Of a stretch of DNA of 64,000 nucleotides, positions 61,611 to 64,000 are shown in pieces. Positions within the stretch are counted from its first letter, which is position 1, and each line of letters opens with the position of its first letter. The translations under genes were made by a program, and so were the position numbers. Source of the DNA: Escherichia phage E26; sequence record MN655998.1; one strand, given 5' to 3'. The notes beneath the pieces are model-generated. The model ran no database searches and was not told the origin of the DNA. It was given only the letters and a program-made list of their open reading frames with translations.

Positions 61611-62267
61611 TTAAATGTTCGCGAGAATCGCGCTTTCAAATTCTTCTAATGTACCATTATTTATGATAATGGTTTCACCGTCAATAGGCAAAATTCCTTT
61701 TTCGGTGGAGTGAGTCGATACAATACCAGTATCACGCTGAATATGCAACACCTTAGCACCCATAGCACGCATAAGAGCAATTTCAATAGGCTGACGCACA
61801 TCAACCACTACAAAATACCCTTCTTCATTTTTGCGCTTCATAAACTCATTCACGAAGAGATTACACCAATAAAGCGGATTGATCAAGTTAACCATTATAT
61901 CAGTACCGAGAGTGGTTAACATGAGACGAATAGACCAGACGTTATTATGTTTTTCGCCGATCTCATTAACGACCTTGTAAATCTCAGCCAGACTATCACA
62001 AGTAAAGGAACTACCGCCATACTTCGAATCTAGCATAAGCAGACACTGAATAAACCACTTATGCGCGGTATAGGTATCAATACCTAGATCGGCTTCTCTG
62101 TCACGCCCTAACCCGTCAAAGTCAAGATAAGTCAGACCTAAGTCTGGTTGACATTCGCATAAGATTTCTTTGATCGGTGCTGCCAGTTGATAACTGTGTC
62201 CATCAATGATTAACGCGGCAGTGTCTTTTCCTACTCGCTTTTTACCACAAAGTGCAATCAATTTCAT
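61611..62267 (-). CDS. 1: dNMP kinase gp1
   Basis: Walker A GKKRVGKDT; AAPIKE; RLMLTTLGTDIMVN...VVDVRQPIE match T4 gp1. Confidence 0.85.
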   Translation of the reverse strand: MKLIALCGKKRVGKDTAALIIDGHSYQLAAPIKEILCECQPDLGLTYLDFDGLGRDREADLGIDTYTAHKWFIQCLLMLDSKYGGSSFTCDSLAEIYKVVNEIGEKHNNVWSIRLMLTTLGTDIMVNLINPLYWCNLFVNEFMKRKNEEGYFVVVDVRQPIEIALMRAMGAKVLHIQRDTGIVSTHSTEKGILPIDGETIIINNGTLEEFESAILANI

Positions 62268-62282
62268 AATATAAGCCTCTTA

Positions 62283-62873
62283 TTACTTTCTAAAAGCAGG
62301 ATGCATAGCTTTAATTCCTTCCACTCGCTGACGATCCGCCGCCTGAATTGCAGGGCGAGGAACGATCAGCTGACCATCACGTTCAATGCTCATCGTTTTA
62401 AATGGAAGAATTGCAGTACACACCAGAGATTCATGCATATCATCGGTGTATGTTAACTCAAGTTCCCCCAATTGTGAACACCAACAACCATAAAAGTTAA
62501 AAGTGCACACAATGTTACGGCGTTCGTTGTCCATCATGTGAACTTGAACGGCTTCCGGCATTGAATCCTTCCACGCTGTGGAGTTACCGTTATTGTAGTC
62601 TACTATAGAAAGCATCCATGTGTAAAGGTTTAGATAGCTTTCCAAATGCTCATCGACAATAAACCGGACTACCAACGGGTCAAACTCTACATGACTAGAC
62701 GGATAATCAGCTACTGCCAAACCATATTGACCAGCAACTTGTTTAGTCGGTGGAATGGTTATAGCCGGAAGTGTAACACCTTGACAGTTTAAAGTAAAGC
62801 CTTTTGTTAGTTGACCATCTGGAATGGCAATCTGCCAGTTGCTGGGGTTAGCATAGTTAAAGAGATTAGACAT
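62283..62873 (-). CDS. hypothetical late protein (gp3-like by synteny)
   Basis: Position after gene 1 as in T4; sequence not recognised. Confidence 0.45.
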   Translation of the reverse strand: MSNLFNYANPSNWQIAIPDGQLTKGFTLNCQGVTLPAITIPPTKQVAGQYGLAVADYPSSHVEFDPLVVRFIVDEHLESYLNLYTWMLSIVDYNNGNSTAWKDSMPEAVQVHMMDNERRNIVCTFNFYGCWCSQLGELELTYTDDMHESLVCTAILPFKTMSIERDGQLIVPRPAIQAADRQRVEGIKAMHPAFRK

Positions 62874-62895
62874 TACTGATTCCTCAAATGAAAAT

Positions 62896-62903
62896 ATTTA
62901 TTA
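62896..62903 (-). promoter_or_regulatory. late-promoter-like motif AATAAATA upstream of gp3-like gene
   Basis: One mismatch to TATAAATA; 22 nt before ATG; GAGGA RBS. Confidence 0.3.
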
Positions 62904-63028
62904 ACAATTGTCGCTTTGCGACGTGCCGGAGGCACTGACTACTTTTTAACCGAAACAAATTTTTATTATTCTAAAGATCTTTCTTCGTTTTGGTTATGTT
63001 TTAACCAATAACTATATTTTTATACAGT

Positions 63029-63036
63029 AATAAATA
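63029..63036 (+). promoter_or_regulatory. late-promoter-like motif AATAAATA upstream of plus-strand ORF
   Basis: Same variant box; 26 nt before ATG at 63063. Confidence 0.3.
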
Positions 63037-63062
63037 AAACGGGTACTATACGAGGACTTCTT

Positions 63063-63317
63063 ATGACAGAAGACATTTTGTTAAAACTCTATGATCGTTT
63101 GGATAACGAATTGGCAACATTGCGGGGTGAAGTTCTCTATTTGTCTAAATGCAATACAGATCTGCTTAAGCAGATTGCAGAAAGGGATGATCAAATAAAA
63201 TCCCTTTCAGGTGCATTACGTGATCGCGACAAGGCATTAGAGATTTTACAGCGTGTTACCAATAAGGAAGAATTAAAAGACTTCTTACATGGTTATGCTC
63301 ATGCCATCGATCTATAA
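63063..63317 (+). CDS. hypothetical coiled-coil protein (only plus-strand gene in window)
   Basis: GAGGA RBS 7 nt before ATG; followed by hairpin terminator. Confidence 0.5.
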   Translation: MTEDILLKLYDRLDNELATLRGEVLYLSKCNTDLLKQIAERDDQIKSLSGALRDRDKALEILQRVTNKEELKDFLHGYAHAIDL

Positions 63318-63319
63318 TA

Positions 63320-63343
63320 AAAAAGCCCGTCAATGACGGGCTT
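63320..63343. terminator. bidirectional terminator between converging genes
   Basis: AAAAAGCCCGTCA-ttg-ACGGGCTT. Confidence 0.5.
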
Positions 63344-63347
63344 AATC

Positions 63348-64000
63348 TTATGCATCCTTCCAAACTTTCCTTGCGTCGTATTTCTTGCCTTTTGACATAA
63401 ACTGATATGTAGGCATATAGATAATATTGCTCCAGTCTTTCGGGCTAATCTCAACAAGTTTTGTTTTAATGTGTCCCGGTAGATATGCTTTGATCATGTG
63501 GTCACTACCACGCATACCTTTTACATCGCTCCATTTGATTTTTAAGCGTGTTTTATTGCTCAAGGTAGGAGTAGATGCATATTGCTTTAAAAGTGCCTCT
63601 AAAAACTGCTGACGGGCTTTAGGAGTTACATAGTGTAAGTTAAGACCCAGCATCACAGTATTACCCGCCTTTGTCTTAGAATCACCCAGACAAATGATCA
63701 GCGGGAAAACATCCCAATATGGCAAAGTGTCTTTATACTTAGCATCATACATAAAGGTATAGATTCGCCCTACTTGCGGTTTTACAATCTGGTGTCCCTT
63801 TATTCCAGCTTTTATTGTTTTAGTAAACCACTCCTGTGATTTTTCTTTAGGACGACTCTTTGATACAGCACGCATAGACGCACGAAAATCATTAATCATC
63901 ATCATTGCGCGTTGCTGCTTATTGAGACCCTTTGCGCCTTTCCCTTTTAGTTTTTCAACTTCTATTGCTGTTTTAATTTCGCTGGCATAACGAGACATAC
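63348..64000 (-). CDS. hypothetical late protein (gp2-like by synteny; probably 5'-partial at window edge)
   Basis: ORF open to window end; position after gp3 as in T4. Confidence 0.4.
   Translation of the reverse strand, partial: MSRYASEIKTAIEVEKLKGKGAKGLNKQQRAMMMINDFRASMRAVSKSRPKEKSQEWFTKTIKAGIKGHQIVKPQVGRIYTFMYDAKYKDTLPYWDVFPLIICLGDSKTKAGNTVMLGLNLHYVTPKARQQFLEALLKQYASTPTLSNKTRLKIKWSDVKGMRGSDHMIKAYLPGHIKTKLVEISPKDWSNIIYMPTYQFMSKGKKYDARKVWKDA

Overview
The window is the first 64 kb of a T4-like (T-even type) phage genome, beginning exactly at the rIIA stop codon, and almost every gene is on the minus strand. Recognised by protein motifs and T4 synteny: rIIA, fused topoisomerase II large subunit (39+60), dexA, dda, gp56 dCTPase, primase 61, helicase 41, uvsX, DNA polymerase 43, regA, clamp loader 62/44, clamp 45, 46/47, sigma factor 55, nrdH/nrdG/nrdD, endonuclease VII (49), nrdC, dam, tk, 57B/57A, dNMP kinase (1), gp3 and the start of gp2. 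Between these lie more than 70 small ORFs of unknown function, several forming tandem paralog families, plus a dense cluster of small membrane proteins at 55-60 kb. The most notable observations are: (1) at least 20 copies of a conserved early-promoter cassette (TTGACA-N17-CATAAT, an inverted repeat with compensatory changes, and a conserved leader ending AGGAGAATCAAA-ATG); (2) a glycine-rich gp38-adhesin-like gene sitting in the early region; (3) a multi-copy paralog family flanking the anaerobic RNR genes; (4) a candidate late-promoter-driven structured RNA of about 170 nt; (5) apparent absence of the hmC/glucosylation genes at their T4 positions despite gp56. All calls rest on reading the sequence and ORF track and on remembered protein families; no searches were run, and coordinates of sub-track features were hand-counted.
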